Shown one piece after another: positions 13,654 through 27,045 of a DNA stretch of 64,000 bases (positions are counted from its first letter, which is position 1; every line of letters begins with the position of its first letter). Under the pieces are notes generated by a model, which ran no database searches, had not been told where the DNA came from, and was given only the letters and a program-made list of their open reading frames with translations. Position numbers and translations under genes: made by a program. Origin of the DNA: Eledone cirrhosa (taxonomy: Eukaryota); NCBI GenBank assembly GCA_964016885.1, contig OZ024759.1:21824001-21888000 (forward strand). The letters are read 5' to 3'.

Positions 13654-16600
13654 CTGATACGTGCATATATGTATGTGTACCTGTATGCATATGTATGTAT
13701 ATATGTATGCATATGTATGTATATATGTATATATATGTGCATGCTACTGTACGTCTGTATACATATATGTATGTACGTATACATGCATACTTACATTTAA
13801 GTAAGTGCCATACTAAGAGTGAGAAATGAAATTTCGTTTTCATTTTGTTTCAATTTATCGTTTTCGGTATGCCTGACCGATTTAACTCACTCAATATGCA
13901 AATTAGGCTGCTCAGCCTTAATTTTCATAAGGGAAGTATATACTTTCGAACGTTCAACTATCTGGCAGATGGGTAAACGGTGCTGATGATAGCTAACAAG
14001 CTTGAAACTAGTACATCGTTCCTGTGTCAGTGTTGAACAAAAAGGTGACGTGGTTGCCTTAACACCGTATGGCATAAATTCAGGCTGTTCAGTTTGTTTA
14101 CAAACGAACAAAGCGACGTTATAATAAGCGCCGCTAAACTGATACGTGCATATATGTATGTGTACCTGTATGCATATGTATGTATATATGTATATATATG
14201 TGCATGCTACTGTACGTCTGTATACATATATGTATGTACGTATACATGCATACTTACATTTAAGTAAGTGCCATACTAAGAGTGAGAAATGAAATTTCGT
14301 TTTCATTTTGTTTCAATTTATCGTTTTCGGTATGCCTGACCGATTTAACTCACTCAATATGCAAATTAGGCTGCTCAGCCTTAATTTTCATAAGGGAAGT
14401 ATATACTTTCGAACGTTCAACTATCTGGCAGATGGGTAAACGGTGCTGATGATAGCTAACAAGCTTGAAACTAGTACATCGTTCCTGTGTCAGTGTTGAA
14501 CAAAAAGGTGACGTGGTTGCCTTAACACCGTATGGCATAAATTCAGGCTGTTCAGTTTGTTTACAAACGAACAAAGCGACGTTATAATAAGCGCCGCTAA
14601 ACTGATACGTGCATATATGTATGTGTACCTGTATGCATATGTATGTATATATGTATATATATGTGCATGCTACTGTACGTCTGTATACATATATGTATGT
14701 ACGTATACATGCATACTTACATTTAAGTAAGTGCCATACTAAGAGTGAGAAATGAAATTTCGTTTTCATTTTGTTTCAATTTATCGTTTTCGGTATGCCT
14801 GACCGATTTAACTCACTCAATATGCAAATTAGGCTGCTCAGCCTTAATTTTCATAAGGGAAGTATATACTTTCGAACGTTCAACTATCTGGCAGATGGGT
14901 AAACGGTGCTGATGATAGCTAACAAGCTTGAAACTAGTACATCGTTCCTGTGTCAGTGTTGAACAAAAAGGTGACGTGGTTGCCTTAACACCGTATGGCA
15001 TAAATTCAGGCTGTTCAGTTTGTTTACAAACGAACAAAGCGACGTTATAATAAGCGCCGCTAAACTGATACGTGCATATATGTATGTGTACCTGTATGCA
15101 TATGTATGTATATATGTATATATATGTGCATGCTACTGTACGTCTGTATACATATATGTATGTACGTATACATGCATACTTACATTTAAGTAAGTGCCAT
15201 ACTAAGAGTGAGAAATGAAATTTCGTTTTCATTTTGTTTCAATTTATCGTTTTCGGTATGCCTGACCGATTTAACTCACTCAATATGCAAATTAGGCTGC
15301 TCAGCCTTAATTTTCATAAGGGAAGTATATACTTTCGAACGTTCAACTATCTGGCAGATGGGTAAACGGTGCTGATGATAGCTAACAAGCTTGAAACTAG
15401 TACATCGTTCCTGTGTCAGTGTTGAACAAAAAGGTGACGTGGTTGCCTTAACACCGTATGGCATAAATTCAGGCTGTTCAGTTTGTTTACAAACGAACAA
15501 AGCGACGTTATAATAAGCGCCGCTAAACTGATACGTGCATATATGTATGTGTACCTGTATGCATATGTATGTATATATGTATATATATGTGCATGCTACT
15601 GTACGTCTGTATACATATATGTATGTACGTATACATGCATACTTACATTTAAGTAAGTGCCATACTAAGAGTGAGAAATGAAATTTCGTTTTCATTTTGT
15701 TTCAATTTATCGTTTTCGGTATGCCTGACCGATTTAACTCACTCAATATGCAAATTAGGCTGCTCAGCCTTAATTTTCATAAGGGAAGTATATACTTTCG
15801 AACGTTCAACTATCTGGCAGATGGGTAAACGGTGCTGATGATAGCTAACAAGCTTGAAACTAGTACATCGTTCCTGTGTCAGTGTTGAACAAAAAGGTGA
15901 CGTGGTTGCCTTAACACCGTATGGCATAAATTCAGGCTGTTCAGTTTGTTTACAAACGAACAAAGCGACGTTATAATAAGCGCCGCTAAACTGATACGTG
16001 CATATATGTATGTGTACCTGTATGCATATGTATGTATATATGTATATATATGTGCATGCTACTGTACGTCTGTATACATATATGTATGTACGTATACATG
16101 CATACTTACATTTAAGTAAGTGCCATACTAAGAGTGAGAAATGAAATTTCGTTTTCATTTTGTTTCAATTTATCGTTTTCGGTATGCCTGACCGATTTAA
16201 CTCACTCAATATGCAAATTAGGCTGCTCAGCCTTAATTTTCATAAGGGAAGTATATACTTTCGAACGTTCAACTATCTGGCAGATGGGTAAACGGTGCTG
16301 ATGATAGCTAACAAGCTTGAAACTAGTACATCGTTCCTGTGTCAGTGTTGAACAAAAAGGTGACGTGGTTGCCTTAACACCGTATGGCATAAATTCAGGC
16401 TGTTCAGTTTGTTTACAAACGAACAAAGCGACGTTATAATAAGCGCCGCTAAACTGATACGTGCATATATGTATGTGTACCTGTATGCATATGTATGTAT
16501 ATATGTATATATATGTGCATGCTACTGTACGTCTGTATACATATATGTATGTACGTATACATGCATACTTACATTTAAGTAAGTGCCATACTAAGAGTGA

Positions 16601-19600
16601 GAAATGAAATTTCGTTTTCATTTTGTTTCAATTTATCGTTTTCGGTATGCCTGACCGATTTAACTCACTCAATATGCAAATTAGGCTGCTCAGCCTTAAT
16701 TTTCATAAGGGAAGTATATACTTTCGAACGTTCAACTATCTGGCAGATGGGTAAACGGTGCTGATGATAGCTAACAAGCTTGAAACTAGTACATCGTTCC
16801 TGTGTCAGTGTTGAACAAAAAGGTGACGTGGTTGCCTTAACACCGTATGGCATAAATTCAGGCTGTTCAGTTTGTTTACAAACGAACAAAGCGACGTTAT
16901 AATAAGCGCCGCTAAACTGATACGTGCATATATGTATGTGTACCTGTATGCATATGTATGTATATATGTATATATATGTGCATGCTACTGTACGTCTGTA
17001 TACATATATGTATGTACGTATACATGCATACTTACATTTAAGTAAGTGCCATACTAAGAGTGAGAAATGAAATTTCGTTTTCATTTTGTTTCAATTTATC
17101 GTTTTCGGTATGCCTGACCGATTTAACTCACTCAATATGCAAATTAGGCTGCTCAGCCTTAATTTTCATAAGGGAAGTATATACTTTCGAACGTTCAACT
17201 ATCTGGCAGATGGGTAAACGGTGCTGATGATAGCTAACAAGCTTGAAACTAGTACATCGTTCCTGTGTCAGTGTTGAACAAAAAGGTGACGTGGTTGCCT
17301 TAACACCGTATGGCATAAATTCAGGCTGTTCAGTTTGTTTACAAACGAACAAAGCGACGTTATAATAAGCGCCGCTAAACTGATACGTGCATATATGTAT
17401 GTGTACCTGTATGCATATGTATGTATATATGTATATATATGTGCATGCTACTGTACGTCTGTATACATATATGTATGTACGTATACATGCATACTTACAT
17501 TTAAGTAAGTGCCATACTAAGAGTGAGAAATGAAATTTCGTTTTCATTTTGTTTCAATTTATCGTTTTCGGTATGCCTGACCGATTTAACTCACTCAATA
17601 TGCAAATTAGGCTGCTCAGCCTTAATTTTCATAAGGGAAGTATATACTTTCGAACGTTCAACTATCTGGCAGATGGGTAAACGGTGCTGATGATAGCTAA
17701 CAAGCTTGAAACTAGTACATCGTTCCTGTGTCAGTGTTGAACAAAAAGGTGACGTGGTTGCCTTAACACCGTATGGCATAAATTCAGGCTGTTCAGTTTG
17801 TTTACAAACGAACAAAGCGACGTTATAATAAGCGCCGCTAAACTGATACGTGCATATATGTATGTGTACCTGTATGCATATGTATGTATATATGTATATA
17901 TATGTGCATGCTACTGTACGTCTGTATACATATATGTATGTACGTATACATGCATACTTACATTTAAGTAAGTGCCATACTAAGAGTGAGAAATGAAATT
18001 TCGTTTTCATTTTGTTTCAATTTATCGTTTTCGGTATGCCTGACCGATTTAACTCACTCAATATGCAAATTAGGCTGCTCAGCCTTAATTTTCATAAGGG
18101 AAGTATATACTTTCGAACGTTCAACTATCTGGCAGATGGGTAAACGGTGCTGATGATAGCTAACAAGCTTGAAACTAGTACATCGTTCCTGTGTCAGTGT
18201 TGAACAAAAAGGTGACGTGGTTGCCTTAACACCGTATGGCATAAATTCAGGCTGTTCAGTTTGTTTACAAACGAACAAAGCGACGTTATAATAAGCGCCG
18301 CTAAACTGATACGTGCATATATGTATGTGTACCTGTATGCATATGTATGTATATATGTATATATATGTGCATGCTACTGTACGTCTGTATACATATATGT
18401 ATGTACGTATACATGCATACTTACATTTAAGTAAGTGCCATACTAAGAGTGAGAAATGAAATTTCGTTTTCATTTTGTTTCAATTTATCGTTTTCGGTAT
18501 GCCTGACCGATTTAACTCACTCAATATGCAAATTAGGCTGCTCAGCCTTAATTTTCATAAGGGAAGTATATACTTTCGAACGTTCAACTATCTGGCAGAT
18601 GGGTAAACGGTGCTGATGATAGCTAACAAGCTTGAAACTAGTACATCGTTCCTGTGTCAGTGTTGAACAAAAAGGTGACGTGGTTGCCTTAACACCGTAT
18701 GGCATAAATTCAGGCTGTTCAGTTTGTTTACAAACGAACAAAGCGACGTTATAATAAGCGCCGCTAAACTGATACGTGCATATATGTATGTGTACCTGTA
18801 TGCATATGTATGTATATATGTATATATATGTGCATGCTACTGTACGTCTGTATACATATATGTATGTACGTATACATGCATACTTACATTTAAGTAAGTG
18901 CCATACTAAGAGTGAGAAATGAAATTTCGTTTTCATTTTGTTTCAATTTATCGTTTTCGGTATGCCTGACCGATTTAACTCACTCAATATGCAAATTAGG
19001 CTGCTCAGCCTTAATTTTCATAAGGGAAGTATATACTTTCGAACGTTCAACTATCTGGCAGATGGGTAAACGGTGCTGATGATAGCTAACAAGCTTGAAA
19101 CTAGTACATCGTTCCTGTGTCAGTGTTGAACAAAAAGGTGACGTGGTTGCCTTAACACCGTATGGCATAAATTCAGGCTGTTCAGTTTGTTTACAAACGA
19201 ACAAAGCGACGTTATAATAAGCGCCGCTAAACTGATACGTGCATATATGTATGTGTACCTGTATGCATATGTATGTATATATGTATATATATGTGCATGC
19301 TACTGTACGTCTGTATACATATATGTATGTACGTATACATGCATACTTACATTTAAGTAAGTGCCATACTAAGAGTGAGAAATGAAATTTCGTTTTCATT
19401 TTGTTTCAATTTATCGTTTTCGGTATGCCTGACCGATTTAACTCACTCAATATGCAAATTAGGCTGCTCAGCCTTAATTTTCATAAGGGAAGTATATACT
19501 TTCGAACGTTCAACTATCTGGCAGATGGGTAAACGGTGCTGATGATAGCTAACAAGCTTGAAACTAGTACATCGTTCCTGTGTCAGTGTTGAACAAAAAG

Positions 19601-21204
19601 GTGACGTGGTTGCCTTAACACCGTATGGCATAAATTCAGGCTGTTCAGTTTGTTTACAAACGAACAAAGCGACGTTATAATAAGCGCCGCTAAACTGATA
19701 CGTGCATATATGTATGTGTACCTGTATGCATATGTATGTATATATGTATATATATGTGCATGCTACTGTACGTCTGTATACATATATGTATGTACGTATA
19801 CATGCATACTTACATTTAAGTAAGTGCCATACTAAGAGTGAGAAATGAAATTTCGTTTTCATTTTGTTTCAATTTATCGTTTTCGGTATGCCTGACCGAT
19901 TTAACTCACTCAATATGCAAATTAGGCTGCTCAGCCTTAATTTTCATAAGGGAAGTATATACTTTCGAACGTTCAACTATCTGGCAGATGGGTAAACGGT
20001 GCTGATGATAGCTAACAAGCTTGAAACTAGTACATCGTTCCTGTGTCAGTGTTGAACAAAAAGGTGACGTGGTTGCCTTAACACCGTATGGCATAAATTC
20101 AGGCTGTTCAGTTTGTTTACAAACGAACAAAGCGACGTTATAATAAGCGCCGCTAAACTGATACGTGCATATATGTATGTGTACCTGTATGCATATGTAT
20201 GTATATATGTATATATATGTGCATGCTACTGTACGTCTGTATACATATATGTATGTACGTATACATGCATACTTACATTTAAGTAAGTGCCATACTAAGA
20301 GTGAGAAATGAAATTTCGTTTTCATTTTGTTTCAATTTATCGTTTTCGGTATGCCTGACCGATTTAACTCACTCAATATGCAAATTAGGCTGCTCAGCCT
20401 TAATTTTCATAAGGGAAGTATATACTTTCGAACGTTCAACTATCTGGCAGATGGGTAAACGGTGCTGATGATAGCTAACAAGCTTGAAACTAGTACATCG
20501 TTCCTGTGTCAGTGTTGAACAAAAAGGTGACGTGGTTGCCTTAACACCGTATGGCATAAATTCAGGCTGTTCAGTTTGTTTACAAACGAACAAAGCGACG
20601 TTATAATAAGCGCCGCTAAACTGATACGTGCATATATGTATGTGTACCTGTATGCATATGTATGTATATATGTATATATATGTGCATGCTACTGTACGTC
20701 TGTATACATATATGTATGTACGTATACATGCATACTTACATTTAAGTAAGTGCCATACTAAGAGTGAGAAATGAAATTTCGTTTTCATTTTGTTTCAATT
20801 TATCGTTTTCGGTATGCCTGACCGATTTAACTCACTCAATATGCAAATTAGGCTGCTCAGCCTTAATTTTCATAAGGGAAGTATATACTTTCGAACGTTC
20901 AACTATCTGGCAGATGGGTAAACGGTGCTGATGATAGCTAACAAGCTTGAAACTAGTACATCGTTCCTGTGTCAGTGTTGAACAAAAAGGTGACGTGGTT
21001 GCCTTAACACCGTATGGCATAAATTCAGGCTGTTCAGTTTGTTTACAAACGAACAAAGCGACGTTATAATAAGCGCCGCTAAACTGATACGTGCATATAT
21101 GTATGTGTACCTGTATGCATATGTATGTATATATGTATATATATGTGCATGCTACTGTACGTCTGTATACATATATGTATGTACGTATACATGCATACTT
21201 ACAT
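13654..21204 (+). repeat. Tandem array of ~16.3 x 463-bp units, one hammerhead motif per unit (candidate retrozyme array)
   Basis: The ORF track repeats every 463 bp (13887, 14350 ... 20832). Units look identical by eye. Both ends abut (TA)n-rich tracts. A degenerate partial unit follows at ~21295-21437. Confidence 0.95.
13976..14020 (+). ncRNA. Minimal type I hammerhead ribozyme (first of 16; repeats every 463 bp to 20921-20965)
   Basis: Stem I AACGGUG/CAUCGUU (7 bp, one G-U), core CUGAUGA at 13983-13989, stem II AGCU-AACA-AGCU, GAAA at 14004-14007, palindromic stem III ACUAGU, and a GUA triplet with the predicted cut after 14013. Confidence 0.8.
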
Positions 21205-21206
21205 AC

Positions 21207-21267
<61 letters not shown>

Positions 21268-21477
21268 AACATATATATATATATACATAAACCCATACGT
21301 ACATATATGTATGTGTGCATGTATGTATATACATACTACTGTACGTCTGTATGCATATATGTATATACGTATACATACTTACATTAAGTATCAGCCGTAC
21401 TAAGAGTGAGAAATGAAATTTCATTTTTTCCATTTATATATATATATACATATATATATAAATGTATATATATATAC

Positions 21478-21568
<91 letters not shown>

Positions 21569-22257
21569 ATTGTATATTATATACATATAATGGGTGGATT
21601 CCCGATGGGTATCTGGAGGTGACCGCGGTACTAAATACGTTAGTGAGTATAGGCATCTCTATTTTATATAGAAATGACTTTCTTCTACGGGACCATAAGG
21701 AGGCGGGATTTGAACTCAGATCGCCAAATTCGCCTTCAATTAGTTAAAACGAGCTAAAAGAGTCTGTGTTATGTGGCATGCGAAATGATGGCAGGAGATA
21801 ATCTGAAGAAGACATGATTGAGTTGAAAACCTCTGTAAATATAGTGATGCTCACCTACAGCACGTAATGTACGTACACTAAATGTTATATGGTTGGAGGT
21901 TTCTAGGTTGTATACAAACAGCATATTTCGGTTCTGTTTGGTAGATTAAAGATTCAGACTTATTATCGATCGGCTCTAACCTTTCAATCTATAAGTGCAC
22001 TACAAAAATAGATAATTCAAACCTATTTGAAAGTTAATTTTCTCTGCTTCTACATAATAAATGTCAACATGAACGTTCCGGTAAGATTTGAAGCAACCTA
22101 AATATCTACACCATACCTATCTACATGCGACGACCTTATAAAGTCTTGTTTTTCACTCTCTCTTCCTGTTTGTATATATATATATATATGACAGAGAGCG
22201 ATGTATGTATATATATATACATTTTTTGAGACACCTTGTATCTATATACTGTATATA

Positions 22258-22326
22258 CAGGGTGTCCCGAAAAATGTATACGCGCTTCAACAGCATCCTA
22301 ATAAGTGTATACATTTTTGGGACACC

Positions 22327-22329
<3 letters not shown>
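22258..22329. mobile_element. Tc1/mariner-type MITE (72 bp)
   Basis: TIRs cagggtgtcccgaaaaatgtatac / gtatacatttttgggacaccctg, flanked by TA. Confidence 0.8.
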
Positions 22330-22388
<59 letters not shown>

Positions 22389-22674
22389 TATACATTTTTA
22401 TGAATATAATATATGAGAGAGAGAGGGGGATGAGTATGTATATATATATATATATACAGAGAGAGAGAGATCTGGAAAGGGACGGGCTCACTAGGCTTTA
22501 AATGCCCAAGACATGCTCTATGTCACAATGGCAACCAAACCACTCCATCAAGAATTACTGATCCATGCATATAGCCAAACGTGTGTGTAAACTTGTGTGT
22601 GTGTCTCCCCACAACTTAGCTGATCGAATAAATAAGTACCACCAAACTTGAAAAAAAATGAATTGGTGTCTATA

Positions 22675-22820
22675 CAGGTAAAATTCCGATATAACGAATT
22701 TTTCAGTATAACGAAATATTTTTCAATCCCCACCTACATGCTCGATGTGTTAGGTCCATCTCGTTATAAAGACTTTTTCATTACAACGAATTTATTTTTT
22801 ATACCCTGTGAATTTCACTG
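22675..22820. mobile_element. Degenerate pogo/Tigger-like MITE
   Basis: ta-caggtaaaattccgatataacgaa ... gaatttcactg-ta, with internal ataacgaa repeats. Confidence 0.5.
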
Positions 22821-23814
22821 TATAATCTACTATATTTCTTAAAAAACGGGCTCCAGCATGGCCACAGTCTAATGACTGAAACCAGTAGACGGATAAGAGA
22901 AAGTTTGTGAAATGCTGTTAGTAGTCTGACTGTGTTCGTACGTGGAATTACCATTTCTATTGCACTTTCCCAGTCTCCATAGACCGGGGGCAATTTAAGT
23001 AAGGTTAGTCAACAGTTATTCTGATAATTGGCAATTTCTATTTTTAATCTGTAATTCATATCAAATGTACATTTTCAGCATTATATAAAGCTTCGTGGTG
23101 AAGACGCTTGGCTTAGTGGTTAGGCCTGAAGGCTCACATTCCTATAGTCATGAGTTCGATTCCCGGTAACGCGTTGTATCCTTATACAGGAGCAGATAGT
23201 TTTACTTATCACCCGGCTCATACCTCTTCCGCGTTTATTGATCGGGGTTCAGTTTAATCCGTTATTTCTTGTATAGGACCTGGTTCCCTTAATTTTTCCT
23301 TTCCTTTCCTTGACCATGGTGTTTTAATTGTTTTGATTCATTTCAAACGTCGGCTTCTTTCTCCTAGTATTACCTTCTCTCTGTTTTGTCCTTTTCTCCT
23401 TCTCAGTAATTCCTTCAATTTTAGTGGCTATACTGCCTTGGTTGGGGTCAGTACATTTTAAAAAAAAACATAGACTCTTCATTTTATGTTATCCCAGTCC
23501 ACTCATCAGTCCACTCATAGGGAAAAAATCTGTATTGTTTCTGTAATTCAAAGAGCTGCCTTGTCACACTGTCACGCCGAATGCCCCTGAGAATTATGTA
23601 AAAAGGTAGACGAGTTTGTGGAATACTCAGCCGATTGCAAGTTGATTTCACGTTTAGGTTGTTCGGTTGATGGAACAACTGGAACACTCATGGACGGAAC
23701 AGACGGAGGCCCAACACACACACGTTGACTTTGAAGCATTGATGACCAATAAGGTTTACAGTTAGTAGCTCCATTATCTGGTGATAAAATTGCAATATAT
23801 CTATCAAACAAGGG

Positions 23815-24360
23815 TGGTGGATTGGCAGAATTGGTGGAGCGTCGGACAAAGTACCATTGCGGTATTTGGTCTGGTTGTTTATATTCTGAGTTCAAAACAC
23901 TCCGGGGTTCAATAAAATAAAGTACCAGTAACATACTGAGGTTGATATAATCAACTTTTCCCTCCCCTTAGTTCAAATTTGCTGGTATGGTATGGGCCTG
24001 TAACTCCCGAGGGAGTCGTGGGGGTACGGCGTTTCTAGGGCATTTTTTAAACCTAGCGGAGCCCATCTCCTCTTCAGGCCTGAATATAGCAGATTTCCCC
24101 CTGAGAAGGATTTAGAGAGAGTGTGAGAAAGGAAGTGAGAAAGAGATATAGAGGAAGAATCGACCCCAGTACTAGTCTGGTACTTATTTTATCGATCATG
24201 AATGGATGAAAAGCAAAGTTGACCTTGGCAGGATTTGAACTGAGAGAGCAGAGAGCCGAAATGAATACTACAAAGCATTCTATCCGACGTTCAAACGACT
24301 CTGTCAATTTGCTGCCTCAAATTTGCTGGATTTGTGTCTAAAGTAGAGATCAATATTATC
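23815..24360. mobile_element. Nested SINE pair (a plus-strand SINE interrupted by a minus-strand SINE with tail)
   Basis: tggcagaattggtggagcgtcggac head on +. Minus-strand copy at ~23990-24320. caaatttgctgg occurs on both sides of the insert (possible target-site duplication). Confidence 0.7.
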
Positions 24361-25194
24361 TATCAACGAAACCAAGCTGGAATATACAAACATGACATGG
24401 GAATGAATAATGTTTGCCAAACAGAAATTTAGATGAATAGAAAATAGAAAATAATAAATCAGGGTTGCTCTGCCCTAGTAATTAAATGTTTTGCGTGTTT
24501 GTAAGATTAAAATATAAACAAGCCATTATTGAAATGTCAGAGAGGACATGGGCGGAGGGCATATAAAGCAATGTACACAACTTTTACCATAACAAATTAA
24601 CAGAGGCTAATAGTCTGATGGTGGAAGCGGTTGATGTGATGGGAGTGGTGGTGGTGGTGGGGGTATCGGAATGTTGCCGACATTCAGTCAGTCACCTCAA
24701 CTAGTTAGCAATAGCTAGTATTGTTATTGGGATGGGTGACGCGGCGAAATGAGAGATTTACTCATTCTCGTAGCTTCCAAAAACGAGAAGATATACTATT
24801 GTAATGGCGGTTAGTTATAACACTTCGTCGCTAGTCACAGTGGGTAACACTTTCTCTATCCTGTCCTGTGATACCATAAGCCGGCTTGCGGGGCTGATAA
24901 AATAAAGTATCAGTTAAGTGCTGGGGTTCATCTAATCAATTCGGTCCTTCTCCCAAATTCCCTGGCCTCTAAATTAGGAATCACTATTATAATATTGTTA
25001 AGTACCAGTTATATACTAGGCTTGATTTATTGATTGGTATAATTGTGCTGCAAACGCAACACACAAATAAACACTTAAATAAACAACTATATATATATAA
25101 ACTAATGTAAAACTAATAACAAGAATAACAAAACAAACGGCAGAGTACATGGAAGAGATGTATTAGTTTAACGCTTGCAATAACAGGAAGAGAA

Positions 25195-25231
25195 TCTTAA
25201 CGTTTCGGACACTTGTCCTTCATCAAAAGAT
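25195..25231 (-). ncRNA. Degenerate Penelope-type hammerhead motif
   Basis: Reverse complement: tctt-TTGATGA-aggacaagtgtcc-GAAA-cg-TT-aaga. Paralogue at 56141-56178 (-). Confidence 0.5.
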
Positions 25232-25373
25232 AGTTAGAAATAGAAGATAAATATAAAGTAAAGAGTGATCAAAGGGAAGAAACGAGGAAAATGAGAAAAA
25301 AAATTGGAGAGAAAATACACACATGCTTATGCCATCTCATATACATACACACATACACATATATATCATATAC

Positions 25374-25457
<84 letters not shown>

Positions 25458-25608
25458 GTAGAACACTGGAAGGTAATATCCGTAGTGGTAGAGCACTCAG
25501 TCCATATATATATATAAGGAATGACCATTACACGGTAGATCCCTTATATCAAATTTCACTCAGAAGGAAAGCAGGAAGGAAGGAATTGTAAAAACCTAGG
25601 CTATAGAA

Positions 25609-25768
25609 CAGTGGTTCCCAAAGTAGGTTCTGCAAAGGAGTGTCTTAGATTCCGTGAAAAAAATGTAGAGGAGTATAGCTATATTACGACCATATTAGAC
25701 ATTGGGGTTCCCCCAAAAGTTTCTGAACCAAAAAGGGTTCCGGGTTTGAGAAATTTTGGGAAACCCTG
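25609..25768. mobile_element. hAT (Charlie-like) MITE with 8-bp target-site duplication
   Basis: TIRs cagtggttcccaaa / tttgggaaaccctg. Exact TSD CTATAGAA at 25601-25608 and 25769-25776. Confidence 0.88.
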
Positions 25769-26362
25769 CTATAGAAGACCAAGTAGGCAAGGTGTAGAGC
25801 AGGGGTATTGAACCTTCATATGAAATATGAGACGAACTGTTTACAGTTCATATATTCTACAAGAGATAATAAACGTCAATGTCAAAAATTAGAATATAAT
25901 TAGATAGAATTGGGAGATATTGAGATAAAAATAAGAGTCTGTAGTGTCTTTAGCCTAAATTTGTTGATTCTCAGGAAATATCTAGAATTCTTTAACTAAA
26001 TAACAAAAGATACATTCTCTCTCTCCCTTTCTCTCGTACTCTCTCTCTCTCCCTTTCTCTCGTACTCTCTCTCTCTCCCTTTCTCTCGTACTCTCTCTCT
26101 CTCTCTCTCTCTACTTACATTAGATTAAACATTGGTTTTAGTTTACAGAATTGCTTGACATAATTGGAATGCATTTATGAACTGCATTAAGAATGTGTTT
26201 GTGTGTGTTGAATCATATACGAATTATTCATGTAAATAAACATTTTTGTAGCCTCGCTATGAATTTTAGAAGCGTTTATCTATCCACGATTGCCACGTCT
26301 CAAACACGCTGTCAGAGAATACTTACCTCATATAAACATAATACATTTATATGTATACATAT

Positions 26363-26504
26363 ATATCAAGTTTAATATAGAAATGGCTTCTACAAGACTA
26401 GAACTGTTTTATTCAAAAGAAATCACCAGGAAAATTTTCTGATGATTTCTTTTGAATGAATCAGTTCTAGTCCTGTTGAAGCCATTTTTATATTAACTTG
26501 ATAT
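26363..26504. repeat. Imperfect ~140-bp palindrome (foldback) followed by a unique tail
   Basis: atatcaagtttaatatagaaatggcttctacaagactagaactg... versus ...cagttctagtcctgttgaagccatttttatattaacttgatat. Confidence 0.75.
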
Positions 26505-26694
26505 TTACACTCTGAGTACCTTACTAACTATGGTTACTCCTGATTGAACCCGAGACTCACATTCTGTTTCTTTCTTACTGCTTCCTCTTTTCTCTGTATC
26601 TCTTACTTCCTTTTACCCCCTCTACCAGTCACTCTCTCGGTTAGCCTCTTCCTCACACTTTCACTCACTCACTCTCTGCTACTCCCTCTCCTAC

Positions 26695-27045
26695 TTCCTC
26701 CCGTTTGATCTGTGCGAAATTCTTTCCTCACTCACACTTCGACCAGGTCGGATGGTCTTTATTCTCTCTCGTCTACGATTTCACAGAACTTATGTTCATC
26801 GATTTCAGGGACTTGACTCCTTCTTCCTCACTTTTCGTTGCATTACCATCTTTGTTTGTTTACTGTCTCGCTCGTTCCCCCTATTTACGTGTCCCAACGA
26901 CTTTCTTTAGCTGTTGCTCGCACCAACCAGAGGTATATGGTCTTTAAAGCGATGAAATACCAATGAAGGTTGGAAGATCACAGATGAAGGACTAAATTTA
27001 TTCATATGTAACCCATTTGCAACCACGCAGCACGCCATGTTTTCA
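26695..27045 (+). mobile_element. Dispersed ~350-bp repeat; second copy at ~32345-32690
   Basis: tgtgcgaaattc...ggtatatggtctttaaagcgatgaaatacc...gaagatca is shared. Both copies end in (TA)n. Confidence 0.75.

Noticed and set aside
13786-13945. snRNA / 5S / spliced-leader gene array (ATACTTACAT resembles the U1 5' end; octamer ATGCAAAT at 13896-13903)
   Set aside because: Similarity to U1 stops after 8 nt. I see no Sm site, U1 stem-loops or 5S internal promoter. A lone octamer is expected by chance in AT-rich DNA.
13654-21204. CRISPR array
   Set aside because: Whole 463-bp units are identical, with no unique spacers and no cas genes. The context is eukaryotic.
13887-21320. Repeated 139-aa minus-strand ORF as a tandem protein-coding gene family
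   Set aside because: About a third is translated TA/CA low-complexity sequence (YIYIYTYIC), there is no recognisable domain, and it is antisense to the ribozyme. It recurs only because the DNA unit recurs.
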